64,000 bases of DNA from Eledone cirrhosa (lineage: Eukaryota): positions 4,526,001-4,590,000 of the forward strand of contig OZ024757.1 of NCBI GenBank assembly GCA_964016885.1, in the 5' to 3' direction. Positions within the stretch are counted from its first letter, which is position 1; each line of letters starts with the position of its first letter. Below, piece by piece: positions 12,738 through 24,085 of the stretch. The notes under the pieces are model-generated. The model ran no database searches. It was not told where the DNA came from and saw nothing but the letters and a program-made list of their open reading frames with translations. The position numbers and the translations under genes were made by a program.

Positions 12738-15310
12738 AGTGTGGTACCTGTTATATACTGGTGGTACTGGGTCACTGGTGTCTTAATGAAGGAGATAGTA
12801 CAGTCGACCATATACCACAGTGTAGTACCTGTTATATACTGAGGGGCTGGTGTCTTGATGTAAGAGACAGTACACTACACTAGACTATACACCAGTGCGG
12901 TCCCTGTTATATACTGGTTCACTGGTGTAAGAGACACTACACTAGACTATATACCTGTGTGGTACCTGTTATATACTGAGTCACTGGTGTAAGAGACACT
13001 ACAGTAGACTATATACCTGTGTGGTACCAGTTATATACTGAGTCAGTGGTGTAAGAGACTATATACCAGTGTGGTACCTGTTATATACTAGTTCACTGGT
13101 GTAAGAGACAGTACAGTATATACAGTGTGGTACCTGTTATATACTGAGTCACTGGTGTAAGAGACTATATACCAGTGTGGTACCTGTTATATACTGAGTC
13201 ACTGGTGTAAGAGACACTACACTAGACTATATACCAGTGTGGTACCAGTTATATACTGTGTCACTGGTGTAAGAGACACTACAGTAGACTATATACCAGT
13301 GTGGTACCTGTTATATACTGAGTCACTGGTGTAAGAGACACTACAGTAGACTATATACCTGTGTGGTACCTGTTATATACTGAGTCACTGGTGTAAGAGA
13401 CAGTACAGTACAGTATATACCAGTGTGGTACCTGTTATATACTGAGTCACTGGTGTAAGAGACACTACAGTAGACTATATACCAGTGTGGTACCAGTTAT
13501 ATACTGTGTCACTGGTGTAAGGGACACTACACTAGACTATATACCTGTGTGGTACCTGTTATATACTGAGTCACTGGTGTAAGAGACACTACAGTAGACT
13601 ATATACCTGTGTGGTACCAGTTATATACTGAGTCACTGGTGTAAAAGACACTACACTAGACTATATACCAGTGTGGTACCAGTTATATACTGAGTCACTG
13701 GTGTAAGAGACACTACAGTAGACTATATACCTGTGTGGTACCTGTTATATACTGAGTCACTGGTGTAAGAGACAGTACATTACAGTATATACCAGTGTGG
13801 TACCTGTTATATACTGAGTCACTGGTGTAAGAGACACTACACTAGACTATATACCAGTGTGGTACCAGTTATATACTGAGTCACTGGTGTAAGAGACACT
13901 ACAGTAGACTATATACCTGTGTGGTACCTGTTATATACTGAGTCACTGGTGTAAGAGACAGTACATTACAGTATATACCAGTGTGGTACCTGTTATATAC
14001 TGAGTCACTGGTGTAAGAGACACTACGCTAGACTATATACCAGTGTGGTACCAGTTATATACTGAGTCACTGGTGTAAGAGACACTACAGTAGACTATAT
14101 ACCTGTGTGGTACCTGTTATATACTGAGTCACTGGTGTAAGAGACAGTACATTACAGTATATACCAGTGTGGTACCTGTTATATACTGAGTCACTGGTGT
14201 AAGAGACACTACACTAGACTATATACCAGTGTGGTACCAGTTATATACTGTGTCACTGGTGTAAGAGACACTACAGTAGACTATATACCTGTGTGGTACC
14301 AGTTATATACTGAGTCACTGGTGTAAGAGACACTACAGTAGACTATATACCTGTGTGGTACCTGTTATATACTGAGTCACTGGTGTAAGAGACACTACAC
14401 TAGACTATATACCAGTGTGGTACCTGTTATATACTGAGTCACTGGTGTAAGAGACACTACAGTAGACTATATACCTGTATGGTACCTGTTATATACTGAG
14501 TCACTGGTGTAAGAGACACTACACTAGACTATATACCAGTGTGGTACCTGTTATATACTGAGTCACTGGTGTAAGAGACACTACACTAGACTATATACCA
14601 GTGTGGTACCTGTTATATACTGAGTCACTGGTGTAAGAGACACTACACTAGACTATATACCAGTGTGGTACCTGTTATATACTGAGTCACTGGTGTAAGA
14701 GACACTACACTAGACTATATACCAGTGTGGTACCTGTTATATACTGAGTCACTGGTGTAAGAGACAGTACAGTACAGTATATACCAGTGTGGTACCTGTT
14801 ATATACTGTGTCACTGGTGTAAGAGACACTACAGTAGACTATATACCTGTGTGGTACCTGTTATATACTGAGTCACTGGTGTAAGAGACACTACACTAGA
14901 CTATATACCAGTGTGGTACCAGTTATATACTGAGTTACTGGTGTAAGAGACACTACAGTAGACTATATACCTGTGTGGTACCAGTTATATACTGAGTCAC
15001 TGGTGTAAGAGACACTACACTAGACTATATACCAGTGTGGTACCAGTTATATACTGAGTCACTGGTGTAAGAGACACTACACTAGACTATATACCAGTGT
15101 GGTACCTGTTATATACTGTGTCACTGGTGTAAGAGACACTACACTAGACTATATACCAGTGTGGTACCAGTTATATACTGAGTCACTGGTGTAAGAGACA
15201 CTACACTAGACTATATACCAGTGTGGTACCAGTTATATACTGAGTCACTGGTGTAAGAGACACTACACTAGACTATATACCAGTGTGGTACCTGTTATAT
15301 ACTGTGGTAC
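12738..15310. repeat. Satellite B: 62 bp unit GTGTGGTACCTGTTATATACTGAGTCACTGGTGTAAGAGACACTACACTAGACTATATACCA
   Basis: About 40 tandem copies. The 62 bp period was checked at 14521/14583. The array ends ~18 bp from an exon donor. Confidence 0.97.
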
Positions 15311-15328
15311 TACGAGGAAAATACAAAC

Positions 15329-15377
15329 CTGAACAGCAAAAGTTCCAATTCCACCAGAACCAGCTTGGATAAAAACT
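15329..15377 (-). CDS. RTN4IP1: RTN4IP1-like exon (49 bp): (R)VFIQAGSGGIGTFAVQ, nucleotide-binding glycine-rich loop
   Basis: Acceptor ctctctatttacag and donor gtttgt. The peptide resembles vertebrate RTN4IP1 RVLILGASGGVGTFAIQ (recalled). Phase matches the preceding exon (AG+A = Arg). Confidence 0.93.
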
Positions 15378-15401
15378 CTGTAAATAGAGAGAAACAGTTA
15401 A

Positions 15402-16097
15402 TGGTGGTGGTAGTGGTGTAGTGGTGTAGTGTGGTGGTTGTGTAGTGTTGTGGTGGTTGTGTAGTGTTGATGTAGTAGTGGTGGTGGTGGTGTAGTAGTG
15501 GTGGTGGTGGTGGTGTTGTGGTGGTGGTAGTGGTGGTGTAGTGGTGGTGGTGTAGTGGTGGTGGTAGTGTAGTGGTGGTGGTGGTGTAGTGGTGGTACTG
15601 GTGTAGTAGTGGTACAGGTGTAGTGGTGGTTATGAGGTGGTGGTGGTGGTGGTGTAGTGGTGGTGTATTGGTGTAGTGGTGGTGTAGTGGTGCAGTGGGG
15701 GTGGGGGTGTAGTGGTGGTGGAGGTGTAGTGGTGGTGTAGTAGTGGTGGTGGTGGTGTAGTGGTAGTGGTAGTAGTGTAGTGGTGGTGTAGTGGTGCTGT
15801 ACTGGTGGTGGTGGTGTTGTAGTGGTGGTGTAGTGCTGGTGGTGTAGTGGTGGTGGTGTAGTGGCGGTGGTGTTGGGTTGGTGTAGTGGTGGTGTTGTAG
15901 TGGTGGTTATGAAGTGGTGGTGTTGGTGTAGTGGTGGTGGTGGTGTTGTAGTGGTGGTGTGGTGGTGTAGTGGTGTAGTGGTGGTGGTGTAGTGGAGGTG
16001 GTGGTGTAGTAGTGTTGGTGGTGGTGGTGTAGTGGTGGTGGTGTAGTGGTGGTACTGGTGTAGTTGGTACAGGTGTAGTGCTGGTGGTGGTGTTGTT
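15402..16097. repeat. Degenerate (GTG/GTA)n low-complexity tract filling the 730 bp intron
   Basis: Almost entirely GTG, GTA and GTT triplets between the two exons. Confidence 0.95.
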
Positions 16098-16107
16098 AGA
16101 AGCTTAC

Positions 16108-16232
16108 CTCAAATGTGGTGCCTTCTTTTGAGTGACTTCTCCAACTGAACAGAGTGCACTCCAGGTTGTGAGTGCGACATAAGGTAGAGACGCAGCTTCA
16201 ACGTGAGTGAGTGAGGAGGGTTTATGACTAAG
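16108..16232 (-). CDS. RTN4IP1: RTN4IP1-like exon (125 bp): [41 protein letters not shown](R)
   Basis: Acceptor cttcttgtctacttgtaccag and donor gtaagc. The peptide closely resembles human [26 protein letters not shown] (recalled). Confidence 0.95.
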
Positions 16233-16316
16233 CTGGTACAAGTAGACAAGAAGACAGTGATGTTGTGAGGTTCATCATGAACTTTATATATATATATATA
16301 TATACATACATATATA

Positions 16317-17166
16317 GCAGGGACTAGAAAGAAAGGGTCTCTAAGTCAACCTGACAAAGATTAAGGTCCTTGTAAGCAGATGAGAAAACAGAACCCAGAT
16401 CCCCTCAGGAAAATGGCCTTGCTCAGTATGTAGGAAAGGTGTAGGTAGGAACTCCATTCTCTGCCCCAAATGCAAACAATGGGTACACAAGAGATGTAGT
16501 GGGATCTCAGGAAGCTTAACTAAGAATGTAGGCTTCACATGTAGCAGCTGTACTGGGACAGCAAGCAGCAAACAGCCACAGGAAACAAGTACCACCAAAC
16601 TCTAGGAGGGCTCTGTAGAAACAGTAGACAGCTTCTGCTACCTATGTAACCAAATTAGCAGCGGAGGTGGGTGTTCGGAAAGTACAGTAACCAGGGTAAG
16701 AACGGGATGGATGAAGTTCAGGGAGTTACTGCCACTGCTAGCTGCAAATGATTTCCCCCTCAAAATGTCCGTTATTTGCACTGAGTCGTTCGATCCCATT
16801 GTGATATCGAAACTATTCCTCCTATTTTTTCAGACTGTATGATGCGTGTATACGAACAGCAATGTTACATGGTAGTGAGACCTGGGCGCTGTCCGTGGAA
16901 GACTTGCGTAGATTAGAAAGAAATGAAGCCTGCATGCTCCGATGGATGTGTAATAGTAATATACGCGAACAGCAAAGCATAAATGAATTGAGAGAGAGAC
17001 TGAGCATAAGAGGAATCAAATGCTGTGTGCAGGAGAGGCGGTTGCATTGGTATTGACATGTGATGTGTAGGAAGGATGATAGCTGCATAAAAAGGTGCAG
17101 AGCACTAGAAGTCGATGGAAACCGCGGCGTGGGGAGACCCAAGAAGATCTGGGATGAGGTGATAAA
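16317..17166 (+). mobile_element. RTE-clade LINE fragment (C-terminal part of RT), degenerate, with stops
   Basis: Collinear with the RTE at 24085-26303 ([29 protein letters not shown]). Starts directly after (TA)n and ends at a PLE junction. Confidence 0.9.
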
Positions 17167-20127
17167 TACGATTAGATTAATATGCCCATCTAAGTGGGAT
17201 ATCGGTAACATTAGCAAATGCATTCTAGATGGAGTAATCGCACAAATTAAAGTAAAACTGGAAATTAGTTTATGGGGTAACACTAGCGAAGCAATAGAAT
17301 GGTTCAGTAAAATAAGAAACAGAGAAACATACAACTTCATTCAATTCGACATAAATGATTACTACGCATCCATCTCCCCAGTCACCCTAGATAAAGCGCT
17401 AACATTTGCCCAAAATAACTCAGATCTTACCTCAGATGAAATTAGAATAATACTAGCTGCTAGAAGGGCTATCATAAAATTTGAAAATAGCTACTGGGAA
17501 AGAAAAAATAGGAGGAATAGTTTCGATATCACAATGGGATCGAACGACTCAGTGCAAATAACGGACATTGTGGGGATATTTATAGCACACAACCTGCATA
17601 AGGAATTTAATAACCTCCAAGGAGGAATTTATAGAGATGATATGCTCCTTATAGCTAAAAACTTAAATAACCAGAACATGGAAATGTTACTAAAAAATAT
17701 TAGAACATTCTTAAAAAAACTAGGCCTAGATTTTACTTTCAAACTAAATTTTTTAGATGTAACTCTAAACCTAAACACAGGATTAATAGAACCCTTCCAC
17801 AAAAATAATGAAAATCTAGCCTACATTAGTTACAACTCAAACCACTCCCATTCCATAATTAAATCCATGGTATATCCCTTAGAATATCCTGCTTATCCTC
17901 AAACCTAGAAATTTTTAATGAACATGCTAATTATTATAACATAGCATTACATAGGGCTGGACACAATGATAAGCTGCAGTTTAAAACTGATAACGACGAC
18001 ACAAACACTCCAGATAACATCAACAACAACTGCCCATACAAAAATAAAAGATACGGGACTAGGCATAGAACTAAACAATTAGCACCAAGAATAGGGAGAT
18101 TGAACACTAATAATAAACACCCCCAAAACTACAGAAGAACTAGAGAAAGAAAATACCTATGGTTTAATCTGATCTTCAACTCCTCTATAAGAACTAAACT
18201 GCCTTCTACGTTTTTTAAACTAATAGATAAACACTTCCCTACATCACATACATAACACAAAATCTTCAATAGAAAAACTATAAAACTTTCATACTCAACT
18301 GCAGCCAACATAGAATCGCACATACGTAAGATCAAACACAAGAATATCTCTAAGGAAACTACTCCACCAATACACAACATAGCACCAAATACTAAACACA
18401 AACACATAACAGCATCACAACCACAAACGCATCTGAACGCACCAAAGCAAAACTTCAATAAGCATCAATCACAACCCACACATAACAATTTGCAGAACCG
18501 CAATGCGAAAGCTGCACAGAATAATACTTCAAACTGCAATTGCCACCTACCAGATAAGTGCCCATTAGGGAATAGGTGCCTAGATTCTAGCTTAGGGTAC
18601 ATGTGTACTGTAAACTCAGGCAACTCCACCTGGCACTACATTGGATCCACCGCAGGTGTTTTTAAAAAAAGATGGTATGAACACAGACATTCAATGAAGA
18701 ACTGTGCACTGGTAAATTCTACAATCCTTGCCAATAAAATCTGGCAACTTAAGGACAAAAACCTTGATTACAATATTAGCTGGTGAAATTAGTGGCCGCA
18801 ATGGCCTATAGCAGCGGTATGGCCCATTGCGGGCTCTGCAACCTTGAATTGCTACATATCTTAAGATACGATAATATGCTACTTAACAGCAACATAGAAA
18901 AGTCAATTTTCTGCAGACATAGGATTGCTACTAAATTTACAAGATTTAAACCACTGTGATTCGAACCAGCATCCCCAAACTTAATGGAAAATCACTTAGA
19001 ATTTAACGTATGAAATCCGCATTCTCACACAGCCCACCTCAGAACCATAATCTTCTATAAACACCTTCCAGCCTCCCTACATCTATACCACTGGGATGGG
19101 GCAGTAATATCTACAAACATCTACCAATTATCATATCAGCCCATAAATCAATCTAACCTTTGCTGTTGTTTATTATTTCGGACCAAACAATTTTATCTAC
19201 ATATCTCATATTAGCACCCATGATCTCTAACAGATGAACTTAATTCTAAGTACATTACACTCGTTGTAACTCTTATTTTCTCACTTTCTTCTTCTTAATA
19301 TTATGATCACCTCAATGTACCCCATCCCTAATTTTATTCATCATGTTCTCTATCTATTTACCATGCATATATTTTTTTGTTGATTTATTGTCTTAATTAT
19401 ACGCTATTTGTCATCGAAGTTGTGAAAACTAATCCCCCATGATTCGAACTAGCAATCCCAACATTCAGAATAAGCCACATAAACCTTAAAATACTGAATC
19501 TACAATTTCACTTAATACTACCTAAGAACCATATATCTTTATACACTCTATCAATATAACTAAGTTAATACAATGTAAATACTTATCTATCAGACCATAA
19601 ATCTATCTCCGGTTTATTGCTAGCGTGCCTTAGACCCACAGCACACTTGTATCCAGATCACTCATAATTGCACTTAAAGGGATGGATTCCAAAAATCTGA
19701 CTCTGGGTACATTTTATTAGTTATCTCTTCATTCCTTAAAAACTACACATAAAGTAACCTATAGTAGTTTTCACATGTCAACTTCATACATCTGTATCAT
19801 ATCAATTCGGTTACCATGCTAGATTTATCATTTTCTCACTTATATTGTTGTTATTAATTTAACTATTCAGTATCTATTTATTTTGTTATTGATATTATTG
19901 TTCTGGTCTAATACCACTCCTCTATAAAAGCCATGCCTTGTGTACATTATCATCACATTCGCTTGCTCTGATGAATTAACTGGTTATAAACAAAGTATTG
20001 GAGATCGATTGGCGCAACATCTAGCGATTAGCGAACTCTAGACCTACCAGCTCAAAGAAACAATTGTCAGCACTCTGAATAAAGCCCTTATTGTACAGAC
20101 TACCATGTTACTCTTATTTCTTGAATT
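17167..20127 (+). mobile_element. Penelope-like element, Naiad-type, 5'-truncated with frameshifts: RT, GIY-YIG, long 3' region and hammerhead
   Basis: RT motifs FIQFDINDYYASIS, FDITMGSND, IYRDDM, LNFLDVTLNL. Endonuclease CNC..CPL..CL..YIGST..FKKRWYEH..CGLC..CRH. Clade assignment is from recalled motifs. Confidence 0.85.
19964..20072 (+). ncRNA. Type I hammerhead ribozyme with long stem II insert
   Basis: tgct CTGATGA ...ctggt...accag... GAAA caattg TC agca. TATAAAA lies ~40 bp upstream and AATAAA just downstream. Confidence 0.75.
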
Positions 20128-20158
20128 ACACACACATATATATATATACATATATATA

Positions 20159-20484
20159 TCATCATCATCATTTTACGTCCATTTTTCCCTGCTTGCAAGG
20201 GTGGGATGGGAACTGATTCTGGCTTGATTTCTACAGCTGGATGCCCTTCCTAACACTAACCTCATTTACAGTGAGTGCTGGGAGCTTTTTTGCCGTGGCA
20301 CCTACACGTCCACTCTGCAGTGGTATGATATGGACACCAGTCCTATCATCTCATTTCTACAGCTGAGTAAACTGGAGCAATGTGAAATAAAGTGTCTTGC
20401 TCAAGGAAACAACACATCACCTGGTCTGAGAATTGAACTCACAACCTTTCGATTGCAAGGCCAATGCTCTAACCACTAAGCCAT
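20159..20484 (-). mobile_element. tRNA-derived CORE-SINE with RTE-like tail (family 1)
   Basis: A box TGGCTTAGTGG, B box GTTCAATTC, CORE-like CCTTGAGCAAGACACTT, tail GGAAGGGCATCCAGCTGTAGAAA...(GAT)n. Confidence 0.88.
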
Positions 20485-20562
20485 ATATACATATACATAT
20501 ATATATATATACATATATATATTTATATATATATATACATAGATATACATATATATACATAG

Positions 20563-20637
<75 letters not shown>

Positions 20638-20640
20638 CAT

Positions 20641-22356
20641 ATATTGTTATACTTTGGGAGGGTCATGTTGCCAATAAGAAACACATGCACCAGTTGCTTT
20701 CACTTCAATTTATTATAATAAATTTATAAATTTCCGGTTGGTTGGTTGGTTCCACAAGCAGATGGTTGTTTATATATTGTCAAAGTTCTTTCGTCACACA
20801 TTGTGACCTATTCAGTGACTGGGGATTCGTTTCTTTGTTTTTGTGCCTCTCCTTTGTTCTGTCCTACACCATCTTGTTTTTGTGTGTGTGTTGTGTGCTT
20901 AGTTTGCGCATGTGTTACATCCGGGTGTCTGTGTGTGTTTATATTCGTTTATTTATTTGTTTATTTACATGTTACTGGTTGGTTGTTTGTTCTATGTGCG
21001 TGTGTGTTTTCATTTTGTCCTTAATTGTAAGTTGTGATGTTGCTGTTCCACTCATGTTTTCTATTTAATTTTGGTTGGAGTTCATTTATGTTTATTGCCT
21101 CTGTGATTTGTCTCAACATTGCGTCTTTTCTGTGTGTAGATTCTATTTTTATTTCTATGTTCTCTAATTTACCCTTATGTTCTATTTTAGCATGTTAGTA
21201 GAGTACAGATAATTCTTTACTATCTTGAAGGTCTCGCCAGTGTTCATTTATCCGTTCCCCTATACTACGAGCTGTCTCACCTATGTACACTATATTTTTA
21301 TCTCTACATTGTCCTTTAGTACATCTTATGCTATATACTACATTTCTATTTTTGCAGTTAATATGGGGGCTTAATTTACAGATTATACATTTCTTATCTA
21401 TACAGGGAGGTCTTTGAAAAGGGTATGTCTTGCTAATAAGTCTTTTTATGGAGATACCTGGTCTTTCTACTATCTTAATATTGAGTTTATGTTTATCTAG
21501 GGCGCTTCTAAATTTGTAAGCTAATTCACCTCTAGGGGTTGTATCGATGAACATTACACTCTGGTATTTATTGCTATCATACCATGAGTTTATTCTATTA
21601 GCCTTATTCCTAATTCTTTCTATTCTATTCCAAAATTTGCTCCTATACAAGGGGCAGGTCCCATTTGTGTCATTATTTACCATTTTTTCCCATTTGGTTC
21701 TGGCTCCTCTATACACTCTGGTTACAATCAGAGAGATAAAATCAGAGAACTGCATACGGTAGATGAAATGTTGTATGTGTCTCTCTAGTTCTTCGGGGTT
21801 GCACATGCTGGACACGTTTCTCATCACCCATACCAAATCCGCAATCAGTATGTTGATTTTGGTATGGTCCGAAACAGCTGAATTTCGGTGGATCAGATAT
21901 TTGGAAGTCATGGGTTTGGCATTATGGGAATGGAGGATTTGTTTTTTGTTATTAATGGTATCTAACCAGAACTCTGTGTCTAGTACAGGTAAATGATGGT
22001 TGGGGTGTTTGCTTGGGTAGTCTATAGTAACTCTAATACTCTAGTGGAGTTAGCTATTTGCTGGATTCTTTCCATTGTGTTTTTCTCTAATTCCTGACTG
22101 TTCTCTAGTGGGGGTGTTTTAACTACAATGTTTATATCATCAACGTAGGGGGAGTACATTATCAGAGTTAAGGGGTCTTCTAATTGAAGTTTAAGTTTAA
22201 GTCTACTGTCCCACCATACCATGAATAGGTTAGCTATGTTGCAACTGGTGCGTGTGTTTCTTATTGGCAACATGACCCTCCCAAAGTATAAGAATATAGG
22301 TTTCAACACACGTTTTTAGATAAAGAATCTTGCTAAACAAATTCAGAAACAAAATA
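20641..22356 (-). mobile_element. Penelope-like element, second lineage (possibly Nematis-like), 5'-truncated, with inverted terminal segment
   Basis: ANLFMVWWD, YVDDIN, then GIY-YIG NVVYSIRC..YIGETARSIGERINEH. 20643-20697 is the inverse of 22241-22295. Confidence 0.85.
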
Positions 22357-22403
22357 TATACATATACATATGTATATATATATACATACATATATATATA
22401 CAT

Positions 22404-22728
22404 ATGGAGGCACATGGCTTAGTGGTTAGAGCATTGGACTTGCAATCGAAAGGTTGTGAGTTCAATTCTCAGACCGGGTGATGTGTTGTTTCCTTGAGCA
22501 AGACACTTTATTTCACATTGCTCCAGTTTACTCAGCTGTAGAAATGAGATGATAGGGACTGGTGTCCCTATCATTCCACTGTAAAGTGGTCGTGGAGGTG
22601 CCACCCAGCACTCACTGTAAATGAGGTTGGTGTTAGGAAGGGCATCCAGCTGTATAAATCAAGTCAGAATCAGTTCCCGTCCCACCCTTGCAAGCAAGGA
22701 AAAAGCGGACGTTAAATGAAATGATGAT
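22404..22728 (+). mobile_element. CORE-SINE family 1
   Basis: Same head, core and tail as 20159-20484, in the opposite orientation, with a small internal deletion. Confidence 0.88.
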
Positions 22729-22774
22729 ATATACAAATATATATATACATATATATATACATATATATATACAT

Positions 22775-23480
22775 ATATTAAGAAACACACAGATACATGC
22801 GGACACACACATATATACATGAATGCATCCGCACCCAACTGTGAGTTAAGGGTGCCAACTTCACCGATGTTGCTCAATGAATGACTGGGACAGACCAATT
22901 CAGTTTGAACCAGACTGAACCAGTATCAGAGTTAAAAATACATTATGAAGAGAGAAGAAACATTTAGATATAATTAGTAATAAAATGTATCATACCTAAA
23001 CTGTTCCTAAATTCCTCGACTACGTAGTTTCGTGGCATAAACAAAAACAATATATCAAAGATATAGAGTCCTTGCGAGGTCTGCCGACTTATCAAGAGGA
23101 TACCTCATTTTACTAGTCTCAAGAACGCGTCTACACGACGTGAGAAAGAATCCCAAAAGGCGGAGGGGGAGATAGTCACGCGATATAACGGTCGAGAAAC
23201 AGAGCTAAGCCTCTTATAACCACGAAGAAAATACCACGGAGGCGGAGGGGGTATTCATATCGAGGCCGTAGAAGAGGTAGTGAAGAAGGCGAGAAGTATG
23301 AGTAATGGAAGCTTTCCAGTTGTCCCCACACTTCAAAGATTGTGTGTTTCTTAATATATTAATAACTCCCTCTGGTCGAGCAATCTTTGAAGTGTGGGGA
23401 CAACTGGAAAGCTTCCATTGGTGTTAGGAAGGGCATCCAGCTGTATAAATCTGGAAAGCTTCCATTACTCATACTTCTAG
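22775..23480 (-). mobile_element. Non-coding hammerhead-bearing unit (solo PLE pLTR-like) with rearranged end
   Basis: Abuts (TA)n, has no ORF, contains a hammerhead, and has an inverted repeat at 23293-23342 vs 23381-23478. Confidence 0.55.
23013..23100 (-). ncRNA. Type I hammerhead ribozyme, U3-A8 core variant
   Basis: Minus strand reads tcctc TTGATAA gtcggca...tgccac GAAA ctacgtag TC gagga. Confidence 0.75.
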
Positions 23481-23995
23481 GAGAACCCCTACCGATGTGC
23501 TGAACAAGTGTGACTTTTTAGTCCAGCCAGTGACTTGAAAACTCTGGTACAAACACTACACTTGTGACAATTATTGACACATAGTGCTGGGCCCATGGTA
23601 CCATGTGACGACAAGTGCAGAGAGACCTCCAGATATAAAGCATTGCCTGTGCCGTGAAGCTTTTATAGTGAGCAAAGGCACTGCACAAAGCCAGTCCCAC
23701 TCTCTTAACCAAGATGATATTTACCAAAAAGAAGAACAAGTCAACATCATTGGATACCATCAGGGTTGCAGGTGTTATATCAGAGTTTTCCTTCTCCTAG
23801 AATTCTGCCTTGACAAAGGCTAAGGGGTCATCTCTCCCAATATATATATACATACATATATACATACATATATACATACATATATATATACATATATATA
23901 TATATATACATATATATATACATATATATACATATATATATACATATATATATACATATATATATATATACATATATACATATATATATATATAC

Positions 23996-24034
<39 letters not shown>

Positions 24035-24051
24035 TATAAATATATATATAC

Positions 24052-24084
<33 letters not shown>

Positions 24085-24085
<1 letters not shown>

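Noticed and set aside
18784-18786. TGA in the Naiad-type endonuclease as possible selenocysteine
   Set aside because: It is not at a conserved Cys, a TAG follows two codons later, and the domain continues in another frame. The CNC, CPL, CGLC and CRH cysteines use TGY codons. This is a frameshift.
20715-20765. Possible hammerhead in the second PLE (minus strand GAAA tttataaa TT)
   Set aside because: Only the 3' half is present, with no CUGANGA or UUGANAA upstream.
22410-22480. tRNA genes
   Set aside because: The A/B-box sequences are SINE heads that continue into CORE and LINE-tail sequence.
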